DNA of 63,589 bases, from IMG/VR virus record IMGVR_UViG_3300026094_000847, positions 1 through 63,589 of that record; one strand, given 5' to 3'. Positions 36,787 to 46,172 of the stretch are shown piece by piece. Numbering within the stretch: position 1 is the stretch's first letter; each line of letters starts with the position of its first letter. The position numbers and the translations under genes are program-made. The notes below the pieces were generated by a model. The model searched no databases, was not told where the DNA came from, and saw only the letters and a list, made by a program, of their open reading frames with translations. The stretch comes from a virus (taxonomy: Duplodnaviria; Caudoviricetes).

Positions 36787-37327
36787 CAAATTTGAACCAA
36801 CCGGTTGCAATTATTTTTTCTTGTTCACTACTTACAATTCCTCTATGTAGGTGTGTGAAGTCAGCAGGCCATATTACACTTAGTCCTTTTACGGCTTCTA
36901 ATTTAAAATCTTGATAATACCATTCGGTTCCGCCACTACTCACAGTATTGAGATATGTCATATACACAAGTTGTCTTGACGCATCGCCATTATCACGTTC
37001 ATAATGCCATACTTTATATCCTCCGCCGGGTGGATAGAATTGTATTAAGTTAGTTTGTTCAGTAACTAAATTAAAATGGTCGATTCCAAATCTATTTACA
37101 TAGCCTTCGTAACCATTTTGCAAATGATTAAAGTAATCGACAATGGCCGGATGGGTCGAGTGGTTGTAAAAAAGTAAATCTGTTGACTGCTTAACTGCAA
37201 AATCTACAATGCCTGTATTACCTACAGACCCGATATGTCTATATTCGTCGCTTGCAATCTTAAAATATTCAAGTAAATTATCGCAAACATATTCGGGCAT
37301 TGTCCAAGTATGAATAAAATTTTCCAT
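36779..37327 (-). CDS. 2OG-Fe(II) oxygenase
   Basis: YPPGGGYKVWHYE, YMTYLN, GGTEW, WPADFTHLHRG, KIIATGW. Confidence 0.9.
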   Translation of the reverse strand: MENFIHTWTMPEYVCDNLLEYFKIASDEYRHIGSVGNTGIVDFAVKQSTDLLFYNHSTHPAIVDYFNHLQNGYEGYVNRFGIDHFNLVTEQTNLIQFYPPGGGYKVWHYERDNGDASRQLVYMTYLNTVSSGGTEWYYQDFKLEAVKGLSVIWPADFTHLHRGIVSSEQEKIIATGWFKFVS

Positions 37328-37893
37328 TATTTTATGTTTTCTGTGAGTAAATTCATATGCACAATGCATGCCATCGCATAAGAAACAGCATGTGCTTTCT
37401 TAAAGTAGTATGAACCATCAGCTGGCTTAGTCCACACTTCCTTTTGTATAGTCTTCCACGTTTCGTCTACTAAATGACGTTTTGCAGGACGAATTATTGC
37501 TAGTACGGCCGCTAACTGTTCTACGTTTTGCGGTTTCAATTTCTTCAATATCTCTGAGTGTCCTGATAGGTGAAACACCTGATCTACAAACTCTTGGTGT
37601 TCTAAAAGTTCCCATAGAGGCTCCTTATTAATTAGATGCTGTAGATGATCTTCGTCCTTTACATCTTTGTATATGCTTACATTTAAGAAATCGATCTTAA
37701 AATAACCTTTGGCCTCGGCCTGCTTGTAAGGAACCGAGCAAAGGCTAGTTTTAGCATCAACAGGAACTTCGTGCATGTACACGCCGGTGTTGTGTTTGGC
37801 TAATTCGTCGTCCTCTAACCGGCTTGCGGTAATATGATTGAAATATTCTAAAGCCTTGTCTCTATCTACAAAATCGATGTCTATGTCAGGCAT
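37327..37893 (-). CDS. miniature DnaE-like (Pol III alpha palm/fingers) protein
   Basis: MPDIDIDF, KHNTGVY, YFKIDFLN, LAAVLAIIRP, FKKAHAVSYA. Confidence 0.8.
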   Translation of the reverse strand: MPDIDIDFVDRDKALEYFNHITASRLEDDELAKHNTGVYMHEVPVDAKTSLCSVPYKQAEAKGYFKIDFLNVSIYKDVKDEDHLQHLINKEPLWELLEHQEFVDQVFHLSGHSEILKKLKPQNVEQLAAVLAIIRPAKRHLVDETWKTIQKEVWTKPADGSYYFKKAHAVSYAMACIVHMNLLTENIK

Positions 37894-37926
37894 TTGCTAT
37901 ATCCTAAATAATCAAAGTCTTCTTTT

Positions 37927-38424
37927 TTACATATAATTTAAATTAATTGTAATTCTAAATTGTTCGTCTGTGCAATTTGTGCTACGATGAGGGGTTGCTG
38001 AATTGAATATTAACAGACGGTTTTCTATAGATTCAACTTTAGTTCCATCACTTAATATTGTAAATCCATCATTGCTGTTTACATAGTATACGGCACCCTT
38101 ATGAGGAACTTCAAAATCTTTATGCCAATCATGTTCCTGCAGGCTACTAGTAGATGGAAAACAGTTTCCTTTTACACGCATAAGTGCAGTCATATTAAGT
38201 TTTTGACATATTGGTAGAGCAATAACATTAAAGAAAGGACTAGTAGGTTGATAATCTTTGTAGAAAGAATGATAAAGATAACCTACAGGAAAATCTTCAT
38301 TATTATGTGCCACATATCGTGAAATATACCACGGAACTGCATCTATATTGTTTCCTAAACAAGATCTTTGTATCTGTTCGGAAATATCTTTATCTAAAAA
38401 GTTATCAATAATTTTATATGTCAT
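37927..38424 (-). CDS. 2OG-Fe(II) oxygenase-like protein
   Basis: IIDNFL, WHKD, YYVNSNDGFT, ENRLLIF, HRST, RITINLNY. Confidence 0.8.
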   Translation of the reverse strand: MTYKIIDNFLDKDISEQIQRSCLGNNIDAVPWYISRYVAHNNEDFPVGYLYHSFYKDYQPTSPFFNVIALPICQKLNMTALMRVKGNCFPSTSSLQEHDWHKDFEVPHKGAVYYVNSNDGFTILSDGTKVESIENRLLIFNSATPHRSTNCTDEQFRITINLNYM

Positions 38425-38624
38425 TGTATTCTTGTAGATCCATGTAGCAGAATAGGTAACACTTCTGCAAGCGTAGTTGCGTATTCCTCTGCATCTAATT
38501 CGCTATCAAAGCCTTCGAACTGTACAAGCACTTTGCTCTTAGTGTATCTCACATCGATATCGATGCTTTCGCTCGGCAGTATCCATTCTTCTTTTCTAGG
38601 CAGTCCGGTATCTTTTTCCGTCAT
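38421..38624 (-). CDS. hypothetical protein
   Basis: Operon-coupled ORF; start MTEKD. Confidence 0.55.
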   Translation of the reverse strand: MTEKDTGLPRKEEWILPSESIDIDVRYTKSKVLVQFEGFDSELDAEEYATTLAEVLPILLHGSTRIQ

Positions 38625-39304
38625 TGTATATTTGCCTCTTTTATTACATCCTTGCAGAGTTCGTGATCTGCAGGTCTTGCTTGAAATCGTTTTTTCCAAT
38701 ACATAGGATCTATTAACGACCCTACAATCTCTAACTGCTCGTCGTTCATATTTCCTAACATCTTTTTTCCAGCCTTGCTGTTGAGTATAACCCAGGGACT
38801 TATTCTACCCTGCCTTATATCATTTGCTGCTCTGTTTAAATTTACATACAAAAAATAATGTTCCCATTCTGCGTCTTTTTCGTCTGCCCAATCCATCATA
38901 TTTTGTATTGTGCGTTGTATGGCTCCGTCGGCTGGTTCGGTTTTAATAAGATTAATAAGATATTTATCGTATAATTCGTCTCTGCACCAGTGATCTAACT
39001 TAACACCGCTAGTCACCACATAGTCAATAAATCTTTCAGGATATATAGGTTTGGTGTTAACCAGGAAGCTTCCAAATTTTATAAAAGCATTATAGTACGG
39101 ACTATTAGTAAAATCTTCAAAGGTTTTTGGCTTTTTTCCTTTCTGTGCAATTTCATAGAATTTCTGATAGGTTAACAATCCCATTTGACTGTGTTTTTCG
39201 GTACGAGCAAGATACCTGCGCTTTTTTTCGCACACATGCACAATGAGAGTTTTTTCTTTGGCAAATTTTTTGCCACAGTGTTCACACTTATAATTTAATT
39301 CCAT
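38621..39304 (-). CDS. C2H2-like zinc-finger protein
   Basis: YKCEHCGKKF..EKTLIVHVCE. Confidence 0.75.
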   Translation of the reverse strand: MELNYKCEHCGKKFAKEKTLIVHVCEKKRRYLARTEKHSQMGLLTYQKFYEIAQKGKKPKTFEDFTNSPYYNAFIKFGSFLVNTKPIYPERFIDYVVTSGVKLDHWCRDELYDKYLINLIKTEPADGAIQRTIQNMMDWADEKDAEWEHYFLYVNLNRAANDIRQGRISPWVILNSKAGKKMLGNMNDEQLEIVGSLIDPMYWKKRFQARPADHELCKDVIKEANIQ

Positions 39305-39755
39305 TGATTGCTTTTTTATCCCAGCCTAGGTCTTCACAGTATTGCTTGATTTCTTTGTCTGTCGAAATAGCAGCAAGTGCAGCAATGTCAGCTCTTTTCA
39401 TATTAGGGAACAGTGTTGCAAGAAACTCTTCGCGTTTGTTCTTTTCCTTTTTAATTTTCAGCCACGGATGAAACTTAATGTTTTTGTCTTCTGCGGCGCA
39501 ACTGCATGCCAATTGCCAACACAGTTTCGGATGTCGATTTAAGAACTGAAAAAGATGTTTGTTATAACGTTCATTGGTAACAACACAAGCATGTTCTTGT
39601 GTTTCTCGATTTCCATTTACATTAGATAGATATCTATTTAGAGTAAAGAACACAACACTCTTTCGTTGATCTTCTGTTAGCTCATCCCAAACGTATTTGG
39701 CATCCATGTCACATGCCGCAAGTATTTCATTTAATTTTAGTTTGTCTTCAGCCAT
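39288..39755 (-). CDS. possible clamp-loader small subunit (T4 gp62-like)
   Basis: Size, F.LNRYLS...NE...HPKL.W...F.PW.K pattern and replication context; remote similarity only. Confidence 0.45.
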   Translation of the reverse strand: MAEDKLKLNEILAACDMDAKYVWDELTEDQRKSVVFFTLNRYLSNVNGNRETQEHACVVTNERYNKHLFQFLNRHPKLCWQLACSCAAEDKNIKFHPWLKIKKEKNKREEFLATLFPNMKRADIAALAAISTDKEIKQYCEDLGWDKKAINGIKL

Positions 39756-39999
39756 CTTTTATAGTATAATACAATAATAAAGTTTTTTCAAGTTGTTTCT
39801 TAAGGGCACTGTTTTGTTCAGCGAGATCACACAGTCTCTGCCAATCTGCATAGCTACATCCTCCTTGAGCCCTTGCCACTGCATCCGAGTCGCCGCCTAT
39901 AATCCATCTTTCAATATCTGGCCTATCTCTATATTTTGCATACACAACACCGTTTGCTCTTTCGTAAATAAGTGGTTCGTTTGGTTTTAAGGAGCTCAT
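39748..39999 (-). CDS. hypothetical protein
   Basis: LKP...IYER..GVVYA. Confidence 0.65.
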   Translation of the reverse strand: MSSLKPNEPLIYERANGVVYAKYRDRPDIERWIIGGDSDAVARAQGGCSYADWQRLCDLAEQNSALKKQLEKTLLLYYTIKDG

Positions 40000-40544
40000 G
40001 ATCTTAACATTACATAGTAATTTTTTACGGGAATATTTTTTCTAAGCTGTTTAGAATATTTTTCGAACTCTTTATAATCATCTGAAAGGATTGTATAACC
40101 ATTATTTTCAAACTGGTGTCGCCACCACTCGGGAGTTTCTTGTATAAGGTGTGCATTACGACCGTCAGGCAAAATCAACTTTGCAGGCGCACAACTGATC
40201 AAATGATAGTGAAAACGGGCTTTTGTCCCAAGCATTGCAATTGTATCTGCAATATGTTCTGGCTCGATATGTTCAAGAACATCTGTGCTGATTATCATAT
40301 CAACCGGTGTAATTTCTCTATCAAAAATAGGATTTCCTGGATCATATCCGAAGAGCTGGATATTTTTATAATTTTCTTTAAGTGTTTCTAAAAGTCTACC
40401 TTTACCGCATCCAAAATCTAAAATCGACTTTGGAACATTCGAATCAATAAAACCCTTTAAATGACAAGGTATCTTAGATCTTTTTCCGAATGGCGTTTCT
40501 CTGTGTATTGTGTTTAATATTTTTTTGTAGGACAAAGATATCAT
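39996..40544 (-). CDS. class I SAM-dependent methyltransferase
   Basis: ILDFGCGKG, GYDPG, STDVLEHIEP. Confidence 0.88.
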   Translation of the reverse strand: MISLSYKKILNTIHRETPFGKRSKIPCHLKGFIDSNVPKSILDFGCGKGRLLETLKENYKNIQLFGYDPGNPIFDREITPVDMIISTDVLEHIEPEHIADTIAMLGTKARFHYHLISCAPAKLILPDGRNAHLIQETPEWWRHQFENNGYTILSDDYKEFEKYSKQLRKNIPVKNYYVMLRS

Positions 40545-40894
40545 TAATCTTTGCTGCCCACAGTTCTTCTTTTGATATCGTCGTGGTTGAATTCTGCCCA
40601 GTATAGCTCGAATGCCACGCCATCTTCTACACCTTCGAATTGATGAAACTTGCCAGGCTTGACCTGCATGAAATCGCCCGCTTCTAAAATTGTTTCATCG
40701 ATCAACCCTTCTTGATCTTCTTGCCATACACGAACTAACATCTTGCCTGACTCAACGAAGAAGCCATTCCACTTAAATTCGTGTTTGTGTTCAGAACACT
40801 TTGCACCTGCCTTGTATTCAATCCTATGAAATTCTAGTACGCCGTTTGCATGTATTAATTCTGTCTGACCCCAAACCTTTCCTGCCTTTGACAT
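40544..40894 (-). CDS. cupin-domain protein
   Basis: GKVWGQT, CSEHKH..KWNGF.VESG, PGKFHQF. Confidence 0.8.
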   Translation of the reverse strand: MSKAGKVWGQTELIHANGVLEFHRIEYKAGAKCSEHKHEFKWNGFFVESGKMLVRVWQEDQEGLIDETILEAGDFMQVKPGKFHQFEGVEDGVAFELYWAEFNHDDIKRRTVGSKD

Positions 40895-40905
40895 AATTCC
40901 TCCTG

Positions 40906-41415
40906 TTAAACTAAATTTGCCAATTGTAAGACTTCGCTCTGTCTACTTATCTCTTTGACAAAGAAAGCACAGTAAGGGTTGGGCGTGTCTGACAAGGGAA
41001 CACACAGCAGTTGCCCATTTTTCATTTTTGGAAAATACCATTTTACATCTTGGAATATATTTGTAATTTCTACTGACGCAAACTCTGGCCTAAATCCTTC
41101 CAGCGGATTATGTATTAATGCTTCAAACCCGCGTTCGTTGATACTTGTAAGTGGCAACACTTCTGGATCCATTCCGCATTCTCTATCTCCTACTACCATA
41201 CACCAATCTAAAGGCATTGTAATTTCAGCGCCGCCGATCTTCATTTGTATAGCAGGAGAATTAAAACTTTCAAGAAACACAAGAGGAATAAAAAAGAAGT
41301 CAGGATCTTTCGGATCACTGTTATCGAGCACTGCAAACCGAACATCGTCTTCCAGTTCTTCGGGCAAGTCATTTAAATCGAAACTTGTATTTTCTAGTGT
41401 TAGTATTTTTGTCAT
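40906..41415 (-). CDS. conserved phage hypothetical protein
   Basis: ILTLEN, FFIPLVFLESFNSP, MPLDW, VKWYFPK. Confidence 0.75.
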   Translation of the reverse strand: MTKILTLENTSFDLNDLPEELEDDVRFAVLDNSDPKDPDFFFIPLVFLESFNSPAIQMKIGGAEITMPLDWCMVVGDRECGMDPEVLPLTSINERGFEALIHNPLEGFRPEFASVEITNIFQDVKWYFPKMKNGQLLCVPLSDTPNPYCAFFVKEISRQSEVLQLANLV

Positions 41416-42866
41416 AAGTCAACCTTTGTTATTGTAAATGGATATTTTGCTTCTCGATAGAATTTTTTCCTCTCTGTGAGATGCCGCTTGGCATACTTGC
41501 ACGTAGAAGTAATATCCCATATCTGTACAAAATCTTTGTCTTCTGCTTTGCGAATTCCTCGACCAATGCTTTGTATTACTCGCACAAAGCTTTTGCCAGG
41601 CTCTATTAGGACAAGATTAAAGATGCGAGGAATGTTGATACCCACAGCCGCCACACCATATGTGGCCACAAGCACTTTTCCATCTGCTGTTTTAATCTCA
41701 TCATATTCGTCTTTCCTATCATCCAGTTTCATGCTGCCGCTCACAAACACAGCATCATCGATTCGCTCGATCAATTTGTTACCAGTATCTACTCGATTTA
41801 CTAGGATCAATGTGTTTCCTGCTTGTTTAATTGTATTAACAGTTTCTGCAATCCAATCTAATCGTCGATCGTTAGTTACAAGCCATTTGTATTCTTCTTG
41901 GAAGTTGCGAAATGTTTCAATGTCTTTGGTCTGTAGAATATTGATATCTAATTTTGCAAGTACATCTTTTTCCTGAAGATCGTGAGCAGACACTTGGTTT
42001 ATTACAGGGCCGATACCTGCAAGTATGCCTTGGAACTGCCATTCTTCTTTGGGCACTGTTCCGGTCAATCCCCAACGAATAGCCGCATGTCTAAAATTTT
42101 GTGTAAGCAGTTTTTTTAATACATCGGCTTTTGCTTGATGCACTTCGTCAACAATTACCGCCACAACACCTTCAGCAAATTCTGCAAGACTTAGTGCTTC
42201 GGTATCGTATTTCTTTTTTTCTAATACATTCAAACTTTGCCAAGTGCAGATTGTATGTGTGTGTCCTAGTTCTTTTCTGTCTCCAAAGTATACTCCTACA
42301 TCTAGCCCGCAGTTACGATAATCTTCTTCAGTTTGTACAACAAGGCTTTTGTTAGGAACAATCACAACTGTTCTTCCGTATTTTTCACACAAATGGCTAA
42401 GTGTTGCGGTTGTAATTGTTTTGCCTGCTCCGGTTGCAACTTCTTGAATACTTTGAGGATTCTTTAAAAATTTGTTTACAACGTCGTATTGATAGTCGCG
42501 AAGCACAATGGGATTCCCAGCATCCGGGTGTCCCTCAGGCCAGCAAACGCCCTGTTGTTTCCAAAAATTTTCATCAATGAAATCAAACTTTAGTTCTGCA
42601 TGTTGTCTTTGATCTTCTACTTCGATTTCATAGCCACTTTGTTCTATGATCGGTAATACTCGATCAAGGTGTGCTAGATAGCCATTGCCGCCAATGCCAA
42701 AGAAACTGACTGTGCCGTCCCATCGTCCTAGTTTAAACGCAGGCATGTGTCGTGCATACGGCAACTCGTATTTGAGCGCATTTACACACTTGCGCCTAAC
42801 ATCTACAGCCAGACCTTCGACTTTAAAATTTACTTCGTCTTTGATAATCAGTTTACAGCTCGGCAA
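41412..42866 (-). CDS. uvsW: SF2 DNA helicase (UvsW-like)
   Basis: LRDYQ, ATGAGKT, VDEVH, GLTGT, QSIGRGIR. Confidence 0.9.
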   Translation of the reverse strand: MPSCKLIIKDEVNFKVEGLAVDVRRKCVNALKYELPYARHMPAFKLGRWDGTVSFFGIGGNGYLAHLDRVLPIIEQSGYEIEVEDQRQHAELKFDFIDENFWKQQGVCWPEGHPDAGNPIVLRDYQYDVVNKFLKNPQSIQEVATGAGKTITTATLSHLCEKYGRTVVIVPNKSLVVQTEEDYRNCGLDVGVYFGDRKELGHTHTICTWQSLNVLEKKKYDTEALSLAEFAEGVVAVIVDEVHQAKADVLKKLLTQNFRHAAIRWGLTGTVPKEEWQFQGILAGIGPVINQVSAHDLQEKDVLAKLDINILQTKDIETFRNFQEEYKWLVTNDRRLDWIAETVNTIKQAGNTLILVNRVDTGNKLIERIDDAVFVSGSMKLDDRKDEYDEIKTADGKVLVATYGVAAVGINIPRIFNLVLIEPGKSFVRVIQSIGRGIRKAEDKDFVQIWDITSTCKYAKRHLTERKKFYREAKYPFTITKVDL

Positions 42867-44046
42867 CAGTTGCCTCCGATTCTAAAAAATGTCCCATGTT
42901 GGGTCTCATGTTTTGTTCGTTTATGTAAAACACACAGGGATGTGAATGTAACCAATTGTTTAACAGTCTGTTATTGCTGATATAACAGACATCTGTACCA
43001 ACTATTGTAACGTCAACATTTTCTTTAAACAACCACTTGGGAGGTTTATGCTCAAACACCAAATATTTTTGTCCGTCTACTTTACCAGTTACTCCTTGTG
43101 ATTTAATATAGTTGTTAAATCCAATACAGCCTCGAAAACCTATTAGTATATCGCTGGCGTGCACGCCGGCTCTATTTGCTGTATACAAAAAATCTGATGC
43201 CCAATCTTTTTTATCAAGAGTTCGATCCTTGAGAAAAACAACAGTTCCTGCTGCCTGTTTTGCAATTTTAAAGAAATCATCTAATCGTTTAAGCCAGACA
43301 AGATCCGAGCGTTGAGTGCAGACCTGCTGAACTATATCCTCTGCACTGCCCCCGTAAGGTATGCCCATGTTCTTTGCATGCAATAAATCTGCATTCAAGT
43401 TATTGGTCCGAGTCTTATTAAAATACTCAACAACTTCTGCGTCGACATTTTTAAGTTTTACACAATTGTTTTCGATAACGCAGTGCGGAACAATATTTTC
43501 TGCGTTGTTTTGTACCTCTTCTACAAAAGATACAAGTGCATCGTAACTAGAATGCTTTTCAAAGGCATGCTTTTGTACAAACGAGTCTATGGCTAAAATA
43601 TTGTATTCAGTCGCCAGCAACATCCTTACTTTTCGATCTTTATCGAATACATCACTGAGAAAACTGGATCCCACAGTGTGATCGAGTTCGTCTTTGAGTT
43701 GAAAAGGAAATTGTAGGCAGATCCATGCCCCGCTTTCTTCTTGTTCTACCCAAACACGTTTGCTGTAATCAATTTCTCTAAATGGTATTTTCCATGCGGG
43801 CTCTTTGAGAATTTGATTTAAATCCACATCGTGTGCCTGTGCAAGGTGTTGATATTTTTTTAGCAACACAAGAACAAACTTGCCCTGTCGCTTAGTAAGA
43901 GGTTTTTGATTACTGATTAAATTTGCGAAATTTTTTACAGGAGCACGGTCCTTGCTGTCAATATTGATTTTACGCTTGAGAATTAGCGCATAGAAGTCTT
44001 GACAGGCATCTTCGACATAGTTATACATACAGTTAGTATACAACAA
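42853..44046 (-). CDS. hypothetical protein
   Basis: 397-aa ORF in operon. Confidence 0.7.
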   Translation of the reverse strand: MLYTNCMYNYVEDACQDFYALILKRKINIDSKDRAPVKNFANLISNQKPLTKRQGKFVLVLLKKYQHLAQAHDVDLNQILKEPAWKIPFREIDYSKRVWVEQEESGAWICLQFPFQLKDELDHTVGSSFLSDVFDKDRKVRMLLATEYNILAIDSFVQKHAFEKHSSYDALVSFVEEVQNNAENIVPHCVIENNCVKLKNVDAEVVEYFNKTRTNNLNADLLHAKNMGIPYGGSAEDIVQQVCTQRSDLVWLKRLDDFFKIAKQAAGTVVFLKDRTLDKKDWASDFLYTANRAGVHASDILIGFRGCIGFNNYIKSQGVTGKVDGQKYLVFEHKPPKWLFKENVDVTIVGTDVCYISNNRLLNNWLHSHPCVFYINEQNMRPNMGHFLESEATVAEL

Positions 44047-44052
44047 CGAGTG

Positions 44053-44901
44053 TTAGAGATCAAGAGCATTTAGCAGTTTTTCAAACGGCATTCCGCTTGC
44101 AATTTCCTGCAGGGTAAACTCTGTGTGCGAATACCGTGCAAGCCATTGTTCTCTATCGGGCAGGGGCGGATTTTCGATAAGCGATAAATCTTTCATGCTT
44201 ACATCATATGCTAAACTTTCTGGTCCCGTGAACACAGGTATCCCGTTTAAAGCACTGCGTATTCCGGGGTTAGAACTCCAACTGACTGTTGCCCATGCAT
44301 TGTCGAATGCCATGTTAAATTCATCATAGGTGTGCGGAATTTTTTGCGGGGTTTGTCTAACAACATTAGAAAATTTGTGCTCTATGTCAGGCACTCTGCA
44401 TCTGGGATGTGGTCTAAATATTATTTTTCTATCGGTGTGTTTTCTTATTTCAGTTATTGTGTTTTCGACCCATCTTTCTACAGGCGGCATGTTTCTCCAT
44501 TGATGACTGCGTTCGTGTTGACCGCACAACAATATGTGATCTCCTCGTGTTCTCCAAGGATGCAATTCGAGGCCTAATTTTTTAGCACGCTCTAAATTAT
44601 CGTAATCAAACTTGGGCCATGTAGCTTCGCGGTTAATTCCGTTTACAGCCACTTTCCAAGTTTCTCCTCGACTTATACCGCCTACCTCAATCACCAGAAC
44701 AGGTTTATTATGTTTTCTAAAACTATCGAAAATTTGTTTGTTGCCCTGCATTCTGCCATGCCATAACACGCTCCAAATAACCGGAACGTCCTCGCCGGCA
44801 TTGACTACGTCATGGCCTAACTGCTTTAGCCCCTGCTCTGCCGCCCCAAAAACAGGTGCAGAATTTAGACTGCCGTGTTCTCTATATAATTTAAATCTCA
44901 T
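44053..44901 (-). CDS. capsule-synthesis-like glycosyltransferase (paralog 1)
   Basis: LHPWR..G.HIL, TDRKIIFRPHP, SSNPG..S.L.GIP, REQW...EF...E. Confidence 0.7.
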   Translation of the reverse strand: MRFKLYREHGSLNSAPVFGAAEQGLKQLGHDVVNAGEDVPVIWSVLWHGRMQGNKQIFDSFRKHNKPVLVIEVGGISRGETWKVAVNGINREATWPKFDYDNLERAKKLGLELHPWRTRGDHILLCGQHERSHQWRNMPPVERWVENTITEIRKHTDRKIIFRPHPRCRVPDIEHKFSNVVRQTPQKIPHTYDEFNMAFDNAWATVSWSSNPGIRSALNGIPVFTGPESLAYDVSMKDLSLIENPPLPDREQWLARYSHTEFTLQEIASGMPFEKLLNALDL

Positions 44902-44934
44902 ATTAACTGTCAATAAATAAGTTGTATTTACATT

Positions 44935-45333
44935 ATGAGCAAATTTCTAAAACAACTTCAGAAAATTGATGCGCGGTTCGAAAATGCATTTGTTATCGGC
45001 CAAGGGTTCGGACTAGTAGAACAATTGCTTGCTGTATATAAAACTGTTTTTGTACAGGATACGGAACACCCCGGCATTGTTGCTAAAAATTTGGTCTATA
45101 GAATGCCCGCTAGTGACCTAAACCAACTAGCAAATATCAGTACTGTATATGTAGGACTAGACAATTTAGATGCATTGGATAAAATTGTGCCCAGACTTCT
45201 ACAACAAAAACCAGATTATTTTGTAGAAGGCAATGAAGTTATTGGCAGAGACAAATCCAAGGCCTTTTATGCTAATGGATATAGAGCCACAAGCCAGCAG
45301 GGATTATTTCACGTTTGGAAAAAAATAAAATGA
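44935..45333 (+). CDS. hypothetical protein
   Basis: TAAATA upstream, 132 aa. Confidence 0.6.
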   Translation: MSKFLKQLQKIDARFENAFVIGQGFGLVEQLLAVYKTVFVQDTEHPGIVAKNLVYRMPASDLNQLANISTVYVGLDNLDALDKIVPRLLQQKPDYFVEGNEVIGRDKSKAFYANGYRATSQQGLFHVWKKIK

Positions 45334-46172
45334 GTATATCTGTAGTAACAACATTTCATGCAAAAGGTCTCAAAGATTACGGCCAAAGAATGATTGATAC
45401 GTTTGTCCAAAATTGGCCAGACGAAGTTAAATTGTGGGTCTATCCGGAAAAATGCAACCCACAGGTTATCGATCACTCGCGTGTTATTCTCACAGATCTA
45501 GATTCAGTACAAGAACTTACAAATTTTAAAAACCGTTGGCGCGATGTGCCCAAAGCCAACGGCGATGTCAGTCGCGACCCTGTACGCAGTAAAAGAAAAG
45601 ACTCGGGCAAGGGTTTTAAATGGGATGCGGTTAGATTTGCACACAAGGTATATTCAGTCTTTGATTGTGCTAAAAGATGCAATACTGACTGGTTGTTTTG
45701 GATGGATGCAGATACAATTTGTCATAGTCCTATAACATTACAGAGAATAGAACAGTTTCTTCCACCACAAACAGATCTCTGTTACCTAGGAAGAAAAGGC
45801 AAGTACAGTGAATGCGGACTGTATGCGATGAATTTAAAATCGAATGCTACACAAGATTTTATCAAAGAATTTAATCGCATGTACGATGATGCAGAAAACG
45901 GTATATTTAAATTGGCCGAGTGGCACGATAGTTTTGTATTTGATGCAGTTAGATGCAAGATACCCAATTTAAAACAGCATGACTGGGCCGCTGGTTTACA
46001 AGACCTTCGTCCTCGCAGAGGCATGAGTGCGGGCGAAGGACATCCCTTAATAAATTCAGATTGGGGTGCTTATTTAGATCATCTCAAAGGCGGAAGAAAG
46101 CAGTTGGGTAAAAGCAAACGCGATGATCTTAAAGTGCCTAGAACAGAACCTTACTGGCAACAGTTTCGTTAA
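45330..46172 (+). CDS. GT-A fold glycosyltransferase-like protein
   Basis: VVTTF, RFAHKV, WMDADT (DxD), EWHDS, DHLKG. Confidence 0.75.
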   Translation: MSISVVTTFHAKGLKDYGQRMIDTFVQNWPDEVKLWVYPEKCNPQVIDHSRVILTDLDSVQELTNFKNRWRDVPKANGDVSRDPVRSKRKDSGKGFKWDAVRFAHKVYSVFDCAKRCNTDWLFWMDADTICHSPITLQRIEQFLPPQTDLCYLGRKGKYSECGLYAMNLKSNATQDFIKEFNRMYDDAENGIFKLAEWHDSFVFDAVRCKIPNLKQHDWAAGLQDLRPRRGMSAGEGHPLINSDWGAYLDHLKGGRKQLGKSKRDDLKVPRTEPYWQQFR

